Source of the DNA: Macrostomum lignano
Lineage: Eukaryota
Length of the DNA stretch: 58,273 nucleotides
Direction of reading: 5' to 3'
Assembly (NCBI GenBank): GCA_002269645.1
Contig: NIVC01002039.1
Coordinates: forward strand, 1-58,273
Shown here: piece by piece, positions 1-11,890 of the stretch
How positions within the stretch are numbered: position 1 is the first letter of the stretch
How the letters are laid out: each line of letters opens with the position of its first letter
Position numbers and translations under genes: made by a program
The notes under the pieces: model-generated
What the model was told of the DNA's origin: nothing
The model's input: the letters and a program-made list of their open reading frames with translations, nothing else
The model's database searches: none

Positions 1-88
1 TTTGGTTCCCCTCGTGTCCCCCCTCTAACCCTTCAAATCGCCTGTTTGATTAGGGCTCTGGTCTAGAAGCGTACAAATGTATACTACT

Positions 89-1002
89 AAGGTGCAATAG
101 TTGGTCACTCGGTCATAGTATGACCGAGTGGCTGCCACCACTCTATGTGACCTGGCCACCTGGATCTTTCTACCAACCTCTCGAGGCTAGAGCCCCGCCT
201 GGATGGTTACCAGGAGATTTAGGCTAACAGGGGAGACACATGCAGCCGAGTACAGGGACTCTGCTTGGGCATGATCGGGAACTCTGCGCTCAATCTGGAG
301 GATTTCTCAGCAGGGGATCCTTTGTGGCTGTGAGCGAGGCTGACTTGCGACTTTGATTACTAAGAGTAGTATGAGGGGAACATGTACTGTCTACAGTTTA
401 GATTGCTCAGGGCGAAGGGACGCGTCAGCATCGGGCAACCTTCCACTGCCATTCTGTGCCAAGACTCGCTAATCCCTCTACTGCACGCACACACGGCACC
501 GCAGCACGCACTCACAGGCGGCTTTGCATGGGAGAGGCCATTAGCTTACCCAAACTTCCTTATGCTTAGCCACCCCGGGAGAAAGGCTTAGCAAGCCATG
601 AGTGAAATGATGGTGAAAGAGTGAATAATGATGAGGTTAGTTAATAGTTAATAATTAGGCCCTAAGGCAAATAGTCAGCAATTAGGCGGCTTCACTATGT
701 GGAAAATACAGCAAAAGTTACGGTATCACAATTGGCTCAGCTCTCTAATTAAGCAATGGCAAATAGGCAAACCCCGGATAAGTAAAGGCGATTGGAGCAC
801 AAATTAGTAATAGGAACTTACCGGCAGCTGCACAGAGAGAGAGAGCGGCGGAGTGACGAGGGCGGCTGTAGGCTGCAGTCAGGCAGACAGTGAAGCGGCG
901 ATGCGCTGAAGCGACGAGGCGCTGATGTAGATCAGGCGATGCTGATGATGCTGGCGGTACCAGACCGCTGGCCGATAGACGAGCTTACTTGGGAGCTAAG
1001 GT
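89..1002 (-). repeat. Left copy of ~0.9 kb inverted duplication (partner 11891-12817)
   Basis: 89-1002 (aaggtgcaatag...gggagctaaggt) is the reverse complement of 11891-12817. Differences are mostly single-base deletions in this copy. Confidence 0.95.
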
Positions 1003-2536
1003 CAACCAACGAGCCAACGAGTTCTACCCGAAAATGGACAGCAGTGGATCCCCTGGACCCTGAAAGTTCAGGGTTCCCCAGCGTTGACGAAAGAAATCTG
1101 GAAGAGCTTAGCATCGGCCCATACCACGTTCTTCAGTCAAAACGCTACATCGAAAACGTCAGAGTTCATGAGGTGCTCAGTAGCTACGCTGGAGACTCGT
1201 GGCGCGATTTCGAATTGTTGATTTCTGAACTGCCAAGCCATTTAAAATGCTGGAAGTTTCATCAGCGAGCGCCACCAAAGGGGTGGAGCAGTAAGTTTGG
1301 AGAATGGAGGCCATCTTGGATATATTTAGCCGTTCTTCATTCCCGTCATCGGTCAAAAACTTACCGAGTTGTCCTTCGTATTTGCGAAACTGCAAGTGGT
1401 AACCGATTCGGAGTTCGTGACTCGGGGCTGCTGCGTCTGCATGGCTACTTTTCATCCTTAAAGGCCGGAAGCAGGACAGCAGGGTGTGACAGTCATGTTA
1501 TGGCTGTGGTTAGAATGCTAGGCTGTTATGCATATCACCCCGAAAGCTACAACATGTGCGGCAGCAGCTTCCGATTTATTGACAGTGCTTTGCCAAAAGC
1601 ACTGATTGCCAATCTTTACAATGATCAATCTGGTGGTCATCCAGCTCCAAATGCACCTCGCAGAGACAGTGCTGAATCGCAGCAAGATGAACAGAGGCAC
1701 AGTTTAAATGCTACTGGTTCATTGAATTCGCCGAAGAAGTTATTTGGGTTGCCAAATAATGGCCTGCAGTGCTACGTAAATGCAGCAGTGCAATTGTTTC
1801 TCTGCCTGCATTCTAATGGATGCATTTTAAAAGAGACTAGCAACGACTAGCATCGAGAGCTGCTTCGTCTTCTGACGGAGATGCAACAGCGGTCTGCAAC
1901 AGTCACTCCACTGTTAACGGCAGTTCGGTTGCAACATCCAGATTCATTTCAAACAAATCAGCACCATTGCGTCAACGAATTTGTTCAAACGCTTCTAATA
2001 CATCTGGAATTTCTGTCATCAGATACTTTCACAGAATTTTCACTCATTCAAACTTGTCGGGATTGCCAGCGCACAAGTGCTGAAGTTCCTGTTGGCACAA
2101 TCGATAACAGAGTGATTTGCATTCCTCTCTGTCAATTTGAGCGCTCAATTGTCAGTTTAGACAAAATCTTCTGCGCTTTTGTCGCTCCTCAAGTAGTGAA
2201 ATGTTCGGACGCCAATTGCCTGGGCGATTGTAATCGAGAGATCGTAGTAACACCTGGAAAGTTTACCCTGATTTATCTTGATCGTGCTAGTATGGATGGC
2301 CACCTAAAGCTTCAAACTCCTGTAAGCTTTTCTTCAAGGTCAGGGGTGTTTCTACACTTGGTAAGCCAGTGGCCACAATATCACACCATGGAAACCGACT
2401 GAAATCGGGACATTTCACAGCAAGCGTACTGAGCTGTGTGTGGACGAATATTGACGACATGAAAGTTACGTCAGACTATAACCCGTTCGTACGTGAGCCT
2501 GAGTGCATCGTGCTCGTTGCACTTTTAAACTCGTAA
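1003..2536 (+). pseudogene. 5'-truncated ORF: degenerate SWIM-type C-terminus (as seen after Harbinger/ISL2EU-type DDE domains) fused to a USP/peptidase C19 deubiquitinase domain
   Basis: FPSVDERNLEELSIGPYHVLQSKRY, SRHRSKTYRV and LKAGSRTAGCDSH form the SWIM-like part with Cys residues lost. USP Cys box GLPNNGLQCYVNAAVQ (Cys 1770-1772), in-frame TAG at 1848-1850, Q-box-like QHHCVNEF, CxxC pairs, frameshift near 2350-2370, then His box ATISHHGNRLKSGHFTA (His 2411-2413) and WTNIDD (2453-2458). Stop 2534-2536. The ORF track start at 939 lies in the inverted repeat. Confidence 0.75.
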
Positions 2537-3205
2537 AAGCATTTTTAGCGAAAATACAATTGTTTTAAGCGAGTGTACTGTACGTTTTGTATTGTAGATT
2601 TTAAAGGACATGCAGATTAAGAAACAATGTCATATCACGCATTCTTTACGTACCATAGGTTACATGTGAAGATAATTCAGACTGACATCAAATAACAAAA
2701 GCTTTGAATTAGTTGTTTCAATTTCTTTTAGACTCACAATTAGCTTTTTTTACTGAAGCAAAGAACTTAAACCCAAAAACCGTTTCTTAGGACTGAGAAA
2801 CTTTTGCAATTATGATTTTACTAAGCTTTGCGTGAGAGGCGTTACTTTATTTGCTTAAAAACGTGTGCTGCTTTGCATGACATGCTTTGTTTTTATTACT
2901 TTGATAACTTGTACAGCTTTGCATGATATGCTTTGTATCCATTACGTCATAACTTGTACAGCCTTGCGTGATATTCTTTATTTTACCAATATACATGGTT
3001 TCGGTTTATCGTCAAAAGTTCTGCTTACTAATAACCAAACGAATTTACAAGTTAATTTTTTCAAACTGAGTTTCCAGGTCGGCATTTTAACAGGTTTCGA
3101 TACGAGCAAATCATTTTTATTATTTAACAATCAATGTATAATAGCTGAAATAAAATACACCCGCTAATGCGATATTCGAATTGAATAGAGCTTCGTCACT
3201 TGAAA

Positions 3206-3476
3206 CCGGATGGGATGTCTCGGCGATTCTAGTCGTCTGGGCCGACAAGTTATCGATTGCAGTCGGTTTGGTCCGGAGCTGAACTTCGGGCTCCATTCCA
3301 GAGCCTTAAGTTGACATGAGATCCCCAATTTATCCCCTTTATCCCCTGGGACCCCAATGAAGGGAGCCGGATGGGATGTCTCGGCGATTCTAGTCGTCTG
3401 GGCGGACAAGTTATCGATTTCAGTCGGTTTGGTCCGGAGCTGAACTTCGGGCTCCATTCTGGTGCTTAAGTTGACA
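3206..3476 (+). repeat. Two ~110 bp direct repeats, period 161 bp
   Basis: ccggatgggatgtctcggcgattctagtcgtctgg...cttaagttgaca at 3206-3317 and 3367-3476. Confidence 0.9.
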
Positions 3477-3578
3477 TCCCCTTTTCGCGAGCAGTGCGAG
3501 CGGGCGTACGCACCGGGGACAGCTCCAGAACGCGACTATATTTGGATCAGCGACGACTAAGAGGAGGGTGACAGCGAG

Positions 3579-4172
3579 ATGGAATCGGAGTTGGAAGACA
3601 TACCGGATGTCCTAGCGTGGAAGCTGGTGTTGGCAGGGCGACAAGTGGTAGACCCGGAACGATTGGTGTTGCCAACGTCTGTAGAGTTTGGGGAGCTGCG
3701 GAAGAAGCTGAGAGAAGCTCTGCTAGCTGGCGAAGAGGTGGAGATTTGGCAGGCGATGAGGCGTCTGTGCGAGATGTTCGTAGCGCGAGGGGAAGAGCCC
3801 CGAAGATACGTCACGGCCGCGCTGGTTCAGGTGCTGAAGTTCTTGCGGCGTGATCTGTCGGTAACGTGGTCAAAGGGCCGCGGTCGACGCCGGGGTTGGA
3901 AGGTGGAGCGGTTGAGAAAGGCGGTGAGAGCGGTGAACGCGGTGGTTGAGCAGTACGATCTGCTGCAAGCCGGTCACGTGAGGAGGCTGCTGCGCTGGTG
4001 TGCTCGGGTGGTGGCGTGCGAGTTGCTAGTAGAGTGTGAGTGTGGGTTGTGCTGGGGGTGCGGGCCCCGTCGTGCGGGTCCGGTTGTTCGTTTCCCTGTC
4101 CCTCGTGCTGGTGCGTGTATCCTATTTTCCATATTAGTCGTATGCTGTTGGGTTACCGTACGGGTGGTATGA
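3579..4172 (+). CDS. Orphan 197-aa ORF with helical charged N-half and a CxCxxCxxC motif
   Basis: GC-rich island. Amphipathic helical composition (ELRKKLREALLAGEEVEIWQAMRRLCEMF) and ECECGLCWGC. The frame continues upstream past one TAA (3558-3560). No family recognised. Confidence 0.35.
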   Translation: MESELEDIPDVLAWKLVLAGRQVVDPERLVLPTSVEFGELRKKLREALLAGEEVEIWQAMRRLCEMFVARGEEPRRYVTAALVQVLKFLRRDLSVTWSKGRGRRRGWKVERLRKAVRAVNAVVEQYDLLQAGHVRRLLRWCARVVACELLVECECGLCWGCGPRRAGPVVRFPVPRAGACILFSILVVCCWVTVRVV

Positions 4173-4932
4173 GGGTTAGGTAGAGAGGCAGCCGGGAGAC
4201 TGAAGGCGGGAGGTGCACGGTTGGCGAGCACTTGGTCGTCCAGTGTGGGTAGCCATGGCGGCGGCCGGGTGAGCAGCAGTGGCGTGCTCCACTCAACTGA
4301 TGGTCCCAGGCCAAGCGGGTTCCAGCGGACGCCAAGCGGTCACCGGGCAGAAGCTTTAAATCTGGTGACGCAGACGCCAGCGCCGGAACCCCGTACCCAG
4401 GCCAGCTATCGAGAGTCAACGGCGCAGGGACGAGAAAGGGCAGCCGACTCGGCAAGGATGTGCAGAGGGACAGTGCGGTGGAGAACGGTGACTAGCTCTG
4501 ATCCTTTATCATTAAACCCTTTTGCGTCGTTCATCGTTAAATCATTGGTGTCAGAATTCCATAAATCTTTTTGCGTCACTAGCATTCAAGTTTTTTTGCG
4601 TTGTCAACGTTCGAATTTTTGCGGTATCACATGGTAGTTCCTTTTGTCATCATTGATTCAACTGTTTGCTTTATTTCGTGTTCCCATCGATTTCATGTAC
4701 GCGTGTTGTCAGTCATGTAGGTCAGGCAGGCGTGGAACCCGTCGCCCAAGTGCGGTGCAGGTTGTGCAGCTGTGGTGTCATTCGTTGTCATTCGTTTCTG
4801 CAATCTGCGTTACTGGCTCGTATCAGCTTCTTCCTTTTGTTGGGAGGCGGGGTGTTGTGTTGTGCACTTTTGCGGTGCCTGTGCACCTAGCTCCAGCGGG
4901 CTGAGTCACCTGTTGGCCTATGGGTTTTTTTG

Positions 4933-5322
4933 TTATCCCCCCCTTTTTTCGTTTCCGTTGCCGCTTCCACCGCCGCTTCCACCGCCGCTTCCGCTGTTGA
5001 AGCTGTTAAAGCCACCGCTTTCACTTGCGCTGTCTTCTGAACATCTAGAAGTTAAACTACTATTGCTGCGTCTGTCGAATGCAAGGATCTTGTAGTTGCA
5101 GAGATGTGAGACATCGATTGAATCTGAATCTTCGGTGGAACTAGAATCTGACAAATCGTCAGCAGATTCTGACAAGCCGTCAACAGATTCTGACAAATCG
5201 GCAGCAGATTCTGACAAAGTTTCAGCTGAATCCGACAAATCTTCCCGAGATTCAAGCTTCAACAAATTCTGAGCCGACTCCGATGCATCTTCGGAAGAAT
5301 CTGTCAGGTTGACCCAGTCCAT
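4933..5322 (-). CDS. Ser/Asp/Glu-rich low-complexity ORF or exon with 7-aa (21 bp) repeats and a GGGS tail
   Basis: DLSESAA-type repeats (gcagattctgacaaatc, period 21, ~5150-5240) and SGGGSGGGSG from ccgcttcca repeats. Confidence 0.35.
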   Translation of the reverse strand: MDWVNLTDSSEDASESAQNLLKLESREDLSDSAETLSESAADLSESVDGLSESADDLSDSSSTEDSDSIDVSHLCNYKILAFDRRSNSSLTSRCSEDSASESGGFNSFNSGSGGGSGGGSGNGNEKRGG

Positions 5323-5933
5323 ATCACCGGTCCTGTCATTCAGTTACTATTAACGACCGTTATTCGGCTGTAAGATGCAGCGTCAAAGTGCGATAAAATT
5401 TAGATTCATTATTCAAAATTTTATACTGTAAATATTTGCTTTTCCTTACAGTATGCTGACTATACTACATGAAATCAATGTACATATGTAAAATGAAATA
5501 AAAAAACACAAGATCTAACATGTTCATCCAAAATAAACTACTGAATCATATCAGACTGTAAAACTTTAAACTTATATTTGTCAAACTTTCAAGGTGTTCA
5601 GCCACAGAGACAGCAGGTAAGTTTCAAACACCCGAAATATTAATGCAAAAACTTGTATTCATAGTTGAGTCGACAATTACATGATGGGCTTATTTAATTG
5701 TACTTGATACTACTAAAAGCTATGCTGCCCATAATATTATATCTGGCTTTGATAATCGCTATTAATTAAAACAAAAAACATTTGTCGGCTTATTGTAAAT
5801 CAAATAAAAGCTTAAGTATATTTTAAAGTAAAAAATTAAGGTTTTTTTAAGTAAAATAATTAAGGTAAAACTGACTTTTAAGAGACACCACAATACGTTT
5901 TCACATTTAAAGCGTGACCAATAATTCGCTTAC

Positions 5934-6351
5934 TCAACGAGACACAAAAATAATGCTGTCATTTTCAATTTTTACAATATATCTAGCTCCAATTACTGGT
6001 GGCAGCACGAGTTGCAGCTGGTATCGAGTTACGACATTGTTAGCAGCTTCCAATGCACCGTCTCCCAATACCTCCATCAGGGAATCCAATCCAGCCGGTT
6101 CTTCAATAATGTTTGGCTAGGCCATCTGTTCACCAATGTTGATTCTTGAAAGCTGCTCGACGTTGACACCAGGCAGTGGCTGCCCGTTGACACCATTCAG
6201 CGGCTGCTCGTTGGCGTCAGGCAGCGGCTGATCGTTGACACCATTCAGCGGCTGCTCGGTGACACCATTCAGCGGCTGCTCGTTGCCACCATTCAGCGGC
6301 TGCCCGTTGACACCATTAAACGGCTGCTTGTTGGCGTCAGTGCATTCAATA
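5934..6351 (-). pseudogene. Exon-like ORF with 8-aa (24 bp) NxQPLNGV repeats, one internal TAG
   Basis: Reads TDANKQPFNGVNGQPLNGGNEQPL...EQMA*PNIIEEPAGLDSL...IFVSR*. TAG at 6117-6119, TGA at 5934-5936, possible acceptor near 6352. Confidence 0.4.
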
Positions 6352-6988
6352 CTGTGACGAAGTTAATTATTAGCTGTTACGAAGTTAATTATTAGCTGTT
6401 TATTTAATTAGATTGCACATCCACACGAATGGTATGAGACCAAGCCACGCGAAGCGTTACAAAAAAACGAGCGCGCGACAATTCAAATTGGCGGGAAACT
6501 CCGGTGCACTTAAACCTAAGATGCCTAACTAGAAAAACACTAACAATAGCTACGAGTACAGAATAATTAATACAACTTAAAGAGCGAATTTATATATTAA
6601 ATAATATCGAACCAATAGTCGCAAAACCTCCAATTTACTTAAATAAAACTGATTTCAAATAGAAACCTCAAAATCAGATAGAACCTAAAAATGAAAGGTG
6701 TTAACGACCTCGTGACACAACACCGTCACACCCGCTCCTCCACCAAAAAAGAACGCTAAGCATACTACTGAAAGTCACGACAACGTAACACTGATCGGAC
6801 ATCCTTACTCGAAAAAACATGTATCAATATGACTTACTTTACTTTACGAATCTGAATCAAACTAGGAGCGACTATTCGAACGACATATATTACATTACCG
6901 AAATGAAAAAAAATATTTGAACGAATTGAGATATTTGAACGAACTATTGAAATGAGCGTTACTTCGAGTCACAACTAAAAAAAAACGA

Positions 6989-7312
6989 ATGCAAATGCAA
7001 ATGGTTGTGATGACGCAACCTGCTGGAATAAAACTCAGTCACGACGCAGCTGCAGATGGACACGTGACCACTGCAAACGAGCCGACAGCGCCACCGACCA
7101 GGCCAGCGCCAGCACGAGCCAGACCAGCAGCCACCGCGCCGACGACCGCCGAAGGCCCCGACTATCTCCGCGCAGCGACCAGGCGATTCACGCCGCCCAT
7201 AGCCGATCCGCAGACGCCTAACGGCCCGCTCCGAACCATTCAGACCCGCACGAGGCAGCCGAGCGCAACCCTCCGGTTCACACCCCACATACACACGGCA
7301 GGCACACACTAG
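6989..7312 (+). CDS. Pro/Ala/Thr-rich orphan ORF
   Basis: GC-rich island in AT-rich flanks, low-complexity translation, no recognisable domain. Confidence 0.2.
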   Translation: MQMQMVVMTQPAGIKLSHDAAADGHVTTANEPTAPPTRPAPARARPAATAPTTAEGPDYLRAATRRFTPPIADPQTPNGPLRTIQTRTRQPSATLRFTPHIHTAGTH

Positions 7313-7818
7313 ACTACTCCAGAGCTACTCCACCAGCAACAAATAACAACAAATTGGGTCTAAGTGCTAAGTCAAACACTTTGAGAAACCACACCAGTCC
7401 CTTTAGTGTGATTTACTGTACTTTTTGGTAAAAGAATGGAACCCGACGACTAATTGTAAGTTATCACAAAGGACTCCCAGTTAAGTAAGCGTTGGGTTGA
7501 TCTCTTCGCTTTTTCAGTTTATTCGACCTTCATAATTATTGGCTGCTGGTGGTTTTGTCGGCAAGTCACAGTTGGGCTTTGTTTTTACGCGGATTTCCCA
7601 TTTTTTGTTTGCTAATTACTCGTTATGTGCGTATTAATAACGAATAAAGGCTTAAGTTCGTTACAGACTGACGCTATGAGAAGCAGGTGAATATTTGAAT
7701 ATTTTGTAATTACAAAAATATATAAACTTATATAACAAAACAGGAATCTAAACATTACTCTAGCAGAACAAGAAGTGCTCACGGAAGCAAACAATCTTTC
7801 TCACGAATCGCACATCGT

Positions 7819-8094
7819 TTATGAAAACGATAGTTGTGCGTGAGGCATCAGGGCAATATGAGTGTTGCTAATGACACAATTGCCGTCAATTTCACGTAAC
7901 GCTACAGAGTAGGCATGAGAGTCAAGTTTATTAGCAAACGCATCACATGTTAGGCGTCTAACATGAGCCAGACGGCAACAGCGCACATTAGAATCTTGCG
8001 ATACGCCTGCTTGTTCGAAAGGTGTACCAATCTCTAGTTCTTCCACACAGAGATTTTATAGCATCACTCGAACGTCCTCGTTGGATGCGTTCAT
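7819..8094 (-). pseudogene. Orphan ORF remnant with one internal TAA
   Basis: ATG at 8094: MNASNEDVRVML*NLCVEELEIGTPFEQ...; TAA at 8056-8058. Confidence 0.25.
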
Positions 8095-8136
8095 ATATAT
8101 GCATATATACATGTGTATATCTATATATAGTGCATA

Positions 8137-8152
8137 ATTTTTAGTATATGGA
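8137..8152 (-). mobile_element. Isolated Helitron 5'-terminal stub
   Basis: 16-nt exact match (TCCATATACTAAAAAT on the minus strand) to the 5' ends in the 17-49 kb array. Confidence 0.45.
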
Positions 8153-8939
8153 TAGTGCATAGTGCATAGTGCATATAGTGCATATTGGTATATATATATG
8201 AACCACTAAGGGTCTTTATCTTGTTTATTTCTTCTCGTATTTTTTATTTATGTATTATTATATGCTATAATACAAGTACGCTCGTACGCTCGTACTATAA
8301 TATTCACTACCCCCTCCAATCATATCAGAGCAGCAAGAAGCCCACCCCACAACACAACCCGTTACAAAGTTTATTGCTCATTTATTAACAATGCCAGTGC
8401 GCCAGAGGCAGACACCCAAGAAGACCAGAGCCTCTCTCTCTTATCTATTTCACTCCGCACTGACAAATAGTGCGGCAGAGTTGCATAGGCATGCTATTGG
8501 ATAAGCACAGTGGGGACGCCGAGGAGTTGATAAGGCCAGGCACAAATTGAGGTGGACGTTTCCACGCTATGCCTACCTTGTTTTTAATTTGTTTACTCTG
8601 CTATTCCAAAACCTTCCAATTATTTGCTTTGCTACCTGCCCCACAAAGCGGCAGAGTTGAATAAGCGTTTTACCACCCAGCCAATCGCACACCTACCCCA
8701 CGCCCCTTATTTCCATTGGCTATCTCAGCTGGCTCTTTTACGCCCTCCTATCATTTTACATTACTGCCTATCTCCGCAGTACAAGTGCGGCAGAGTTGCA
8801 TAAACTCATACTACTTATAAGGAATTATATAGGGGGGTATCTAGGTGAAAACATAGCGTGATAATAGTGATAACAGAACATAGTGTTATTCCGTTTAATA
8901 GTTTTTTATTTTCTAAGATATTAGAAGCGTGTTTTTCTA

Positions 8940-8987
8940 CCCCAAAGGGGGAATTGATATGCTAGTCTAATATACTAAAAATCAAAA
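8940..8987 (+). mobile_element. Plus-strand Helitron tail-to-head junction (8965|8966)
   Basis: cccc-aaa-gggg hairpin (8940-8950), CTAG 8962-8965, directly followed by TCTAATATACTAAAAATCAAAA. Confidence 0.7.
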
Positions 8988-9309
8988 CTATGTACCTACC
9001 TACCTACCTACCAACCTATCTATATATCTACAAGCTGTTGGAAACCCGCAGATTTTGAACCCAGGGAACTCCAATCCCTAGAAATATTTTTGCATGTATT
9101 CTAAAATCTGAAGTCATACTTAAACAAAAACTTTTTAATAGTTAGGAATTTAGGATAGAGTTAAACATAAAATAGAGTACATTCATGTAAAATTAGTATT
9201 TGAAGCAAACATTAATATTGTTGGTTGGGGTGCTGCGCAGAATGTCAGACAAACTCATGGCCTCTGCCTCTCCTTGTGTCCCTTAGAAGTTGGATCCTTA
9301 GAAACTTCT

Positions 9310-10700
9310 ATCTCTACCTTCTCTTCTGTTTTCTCTCTTCTCACTGGTCTGTGGTCTCTTCTCTTTCTCCTCTATCCCCTCTTCTCTCGTCTATTCCCTC
9401 TTATTCTTTTCTCTCCTCTCCTCTCCTCTCTTGTCTCTGCTCTCCTTTCTCCTGTTTTATCTCTTCCCATTTCTTTCTGCTCTCTATTCTATCTTCTCTC
9501 TTCTCTCTGCTCTCTACTCTATCTTCTCTCTGCTCTCTACTGTCTTCTCTCTGCTCTCTACTCTATCTTCTTTCTGCTCTCTACTCTATCTTCTTTCTGC
9601 TCTCTACTCTCTCTTCTCTCTCCTCTCTACTCTATCTTCTCTCTGCTCTCTACTCTCTCTTCCCTCTCCCCTCTTCTCACTTCTTACTCTACCCTCTCCG
9701 AACACTTCTCCTCTCTCCTTTCTCCTCTCCTCCCTCCTCTGTACTCTGTACTCTCTCGTCTTTCTCCTCTCCTCTCTTCTCTCTCATCTCTTCTATCGTC
9801 TCTTCCCTCACCTCTCCTCTCTCGTCTTTGCTCTCTTATCTATCTCTCCTTTCTCTTCTTTTATCTTTTCTCTCTTATCTCTTCTCATCTCTGTCTGCAT
9901 GCTCTCTACCTCTATCTCTCCCTCTCTCTCCTCTCCCCTCTCTCGTCTCTCTCTCATATTTTCCCCTGTTTCCCCTGTCCTCTCGATTCTCTTCCCTCCC
10001 CTCCTCTCTCCTCACTCACTTCTCTCTCTCCCTTTGTCTCACCTTTCATCTCTCATCTCTTTTTTCTTATCTATCCTCTATTCTCTCTACTCTCCCATCT
10101 CTCGTGTGTTCACTCTCGTCTTTGCTCTCTCAGTCTCATCTTCCCTCTCTCATCTGTCATTTTTACTCTCGTATACTCGTATGTTCTCACCTCTCTCCTC
10201 TGTACTCTTCTCTTTCCCCTCATCTGACTCCTCTCTCCGCTCTCCTCTCTCCTCTCAGATATCGTGTTCACTCTCATCCCCTCTCTTTTCTGTCATCTGT
10301 ACTCTCCAATCTTCAGTGTACTCTTCTCTTTACCCTCTTCTGATTCCTCTCTTTCCTTACTCCTCTTCTCTTCTCTCTTCTATACTCCCTCCCCTCTATT
10401 CTCTTCTCTCGCCTTTATGCACTCTGCTCTCTCCTTCATCTCTCATCTCTACTCTCTTCTCACTCTTTTCTACTCTCCTCTGTCATCGATCCTGTCTCAT
10501 CTCTCCCATCTTCTCTCTCCCTCTTCTCACTTCTACTCTTTCTTCTCCCTTCTCTCCCCTCCTCTCGCTTCTTACTCCAATATTATCTGCTCACTCCTTA
10601 TGCTTACCCCATCGTCTCTCTTCTTAACTTCTATCTTTTCTCTTATCCTCCCCTCGCTTCTTCTCTCTTCTTATAGTCTATTCCTTTTCCTTTTCACTCT
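9310..10700 (+). repeat. Degenerate (CT)-rich polypyrimidine tract, C/T-biased to ~11600
   Basis: Almost purine-free plus strand (ctctctactctatcttctct...). The overlapping Leu/Ser ORFs follow from the composition. Confidence 0.95.
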
Positions 10701-11641
10701 CATCTCATTAGCAATGAGCTTGATTCTTTATCTGGCATTTGAGGTTTAAGTCTGCCAATCCCCGCTTCGAAAGCGTTTGTGGGACGTAGTACTCTCATGG
10801 TTGTTATTGATGTAACCACGCTCTGGTCGCGGGATAGGGCAGGGGAACTTTTTCGAAAGTGTCTCCTATCGCCGTTCACCCCCTATACAGAGCTGTTGAG
10901 ACTCGGCCAGGTCTTCGACCAGGCCTGGAGACTCCCGCTCTGCTGCACCCCCTGCTGCCTTGGCTCCGTCTCCCCTGCCGCCACACTTGCCTTTCCGGAG
11001 CTCCCCCTCCCTCTTTGTACCTCCCCCTCTACCTTATCTCCCCTGCGCGCCTCCCTATTCTCTATGCACTCTTCCTGTCTCCCCTCTTTTTGCCCCTTTT
11101 CGCCCTATTTTCCTGCGCTGTCCTCCCTTTCTCTGCGTCTACTTACAGTATTTTGTGCACTCACCGTCACCCCATCCCTTCTCAAACTCCCAAACGGTGA
11201 CGCAGTCGTGTGACCCCTTCTTCCCCTCGATGACTCATCCCCCTCTCTTGCGCAACCTTTTCTCACGCCATTGTTCTCCTCCCCAAATTTCTCATGCGAC
11301 ACCCACCTCACCTCCGCTTCTATTGTTCTCGTTTTTGATTCTTTTGTTCTCTTTACCCCCACAATTATCACATTTTCTCCGATTTTCTCTTTCTATTGTT
11401 CTCATTTTCGCACCTAATTATCACCTTTTCTCCAATGTTTGCTTTTCTATTGTTCTCGATTCTCCCCAATTATGCCCGATTTCCAATTCCTTTGTTCTCG
11501 ACCCCAGCCCCATTGTTCTCAGTGTTTGCTTGCGCCACACTTTCTCGACCTCCCGCTGCGCCAATTATCCCCCACCCCACCTCCGGATTTCGCAATTCTC
11601 CCATTTCTCATGTTGCTATGCTGGTCTCATGCTTCTCATCA

Positions 11642-11733
11642 TGACTCATTCTGACGTCATTCTGCCGGCAGCTAATCAGAGAGAGGGAGTCATGGAAACG
11701 ACCTTGGAGCGGCGGCTGGGATGGCTATATAAG
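11642..11733 (+). promoter_or_regulatory. Pol II promoter-like cluster: AP-1, CRE, TATA
   Basis: TGACTCA 11642-11648, TGACGTCA 11652-11659, TATATAAG 11726-11733; downstream splice donor CG|GTAAGT at 12074. Confidence 0.5.
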
Positions 11734-11890
11734 GAAGCGATTTTCGGCATGAGAATCCTCAACTCTTCGTTCCGGTCTCCTCAGACTGTGCGTCTCCTCG
11801 TCTTTCTTTGGACTTGCCGTCAGACGTACCTCTGACCTATTCGTCTGTAGGACGAACCTCTGCCGGTCCGCGGTCTGATACCGCCCAGTT

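Noticed and set aside
943-985. Hammerhead ribozyme (CTGATGA followed by a stem-loop)
   Set aside because: The GAAA core after stem II is absent.
9225-10749. 300-400 aa Leu/Ser/Phe membrane proteins
   Set aside because: A purine-poor CT tract cannot encode stops; three frames are open together.
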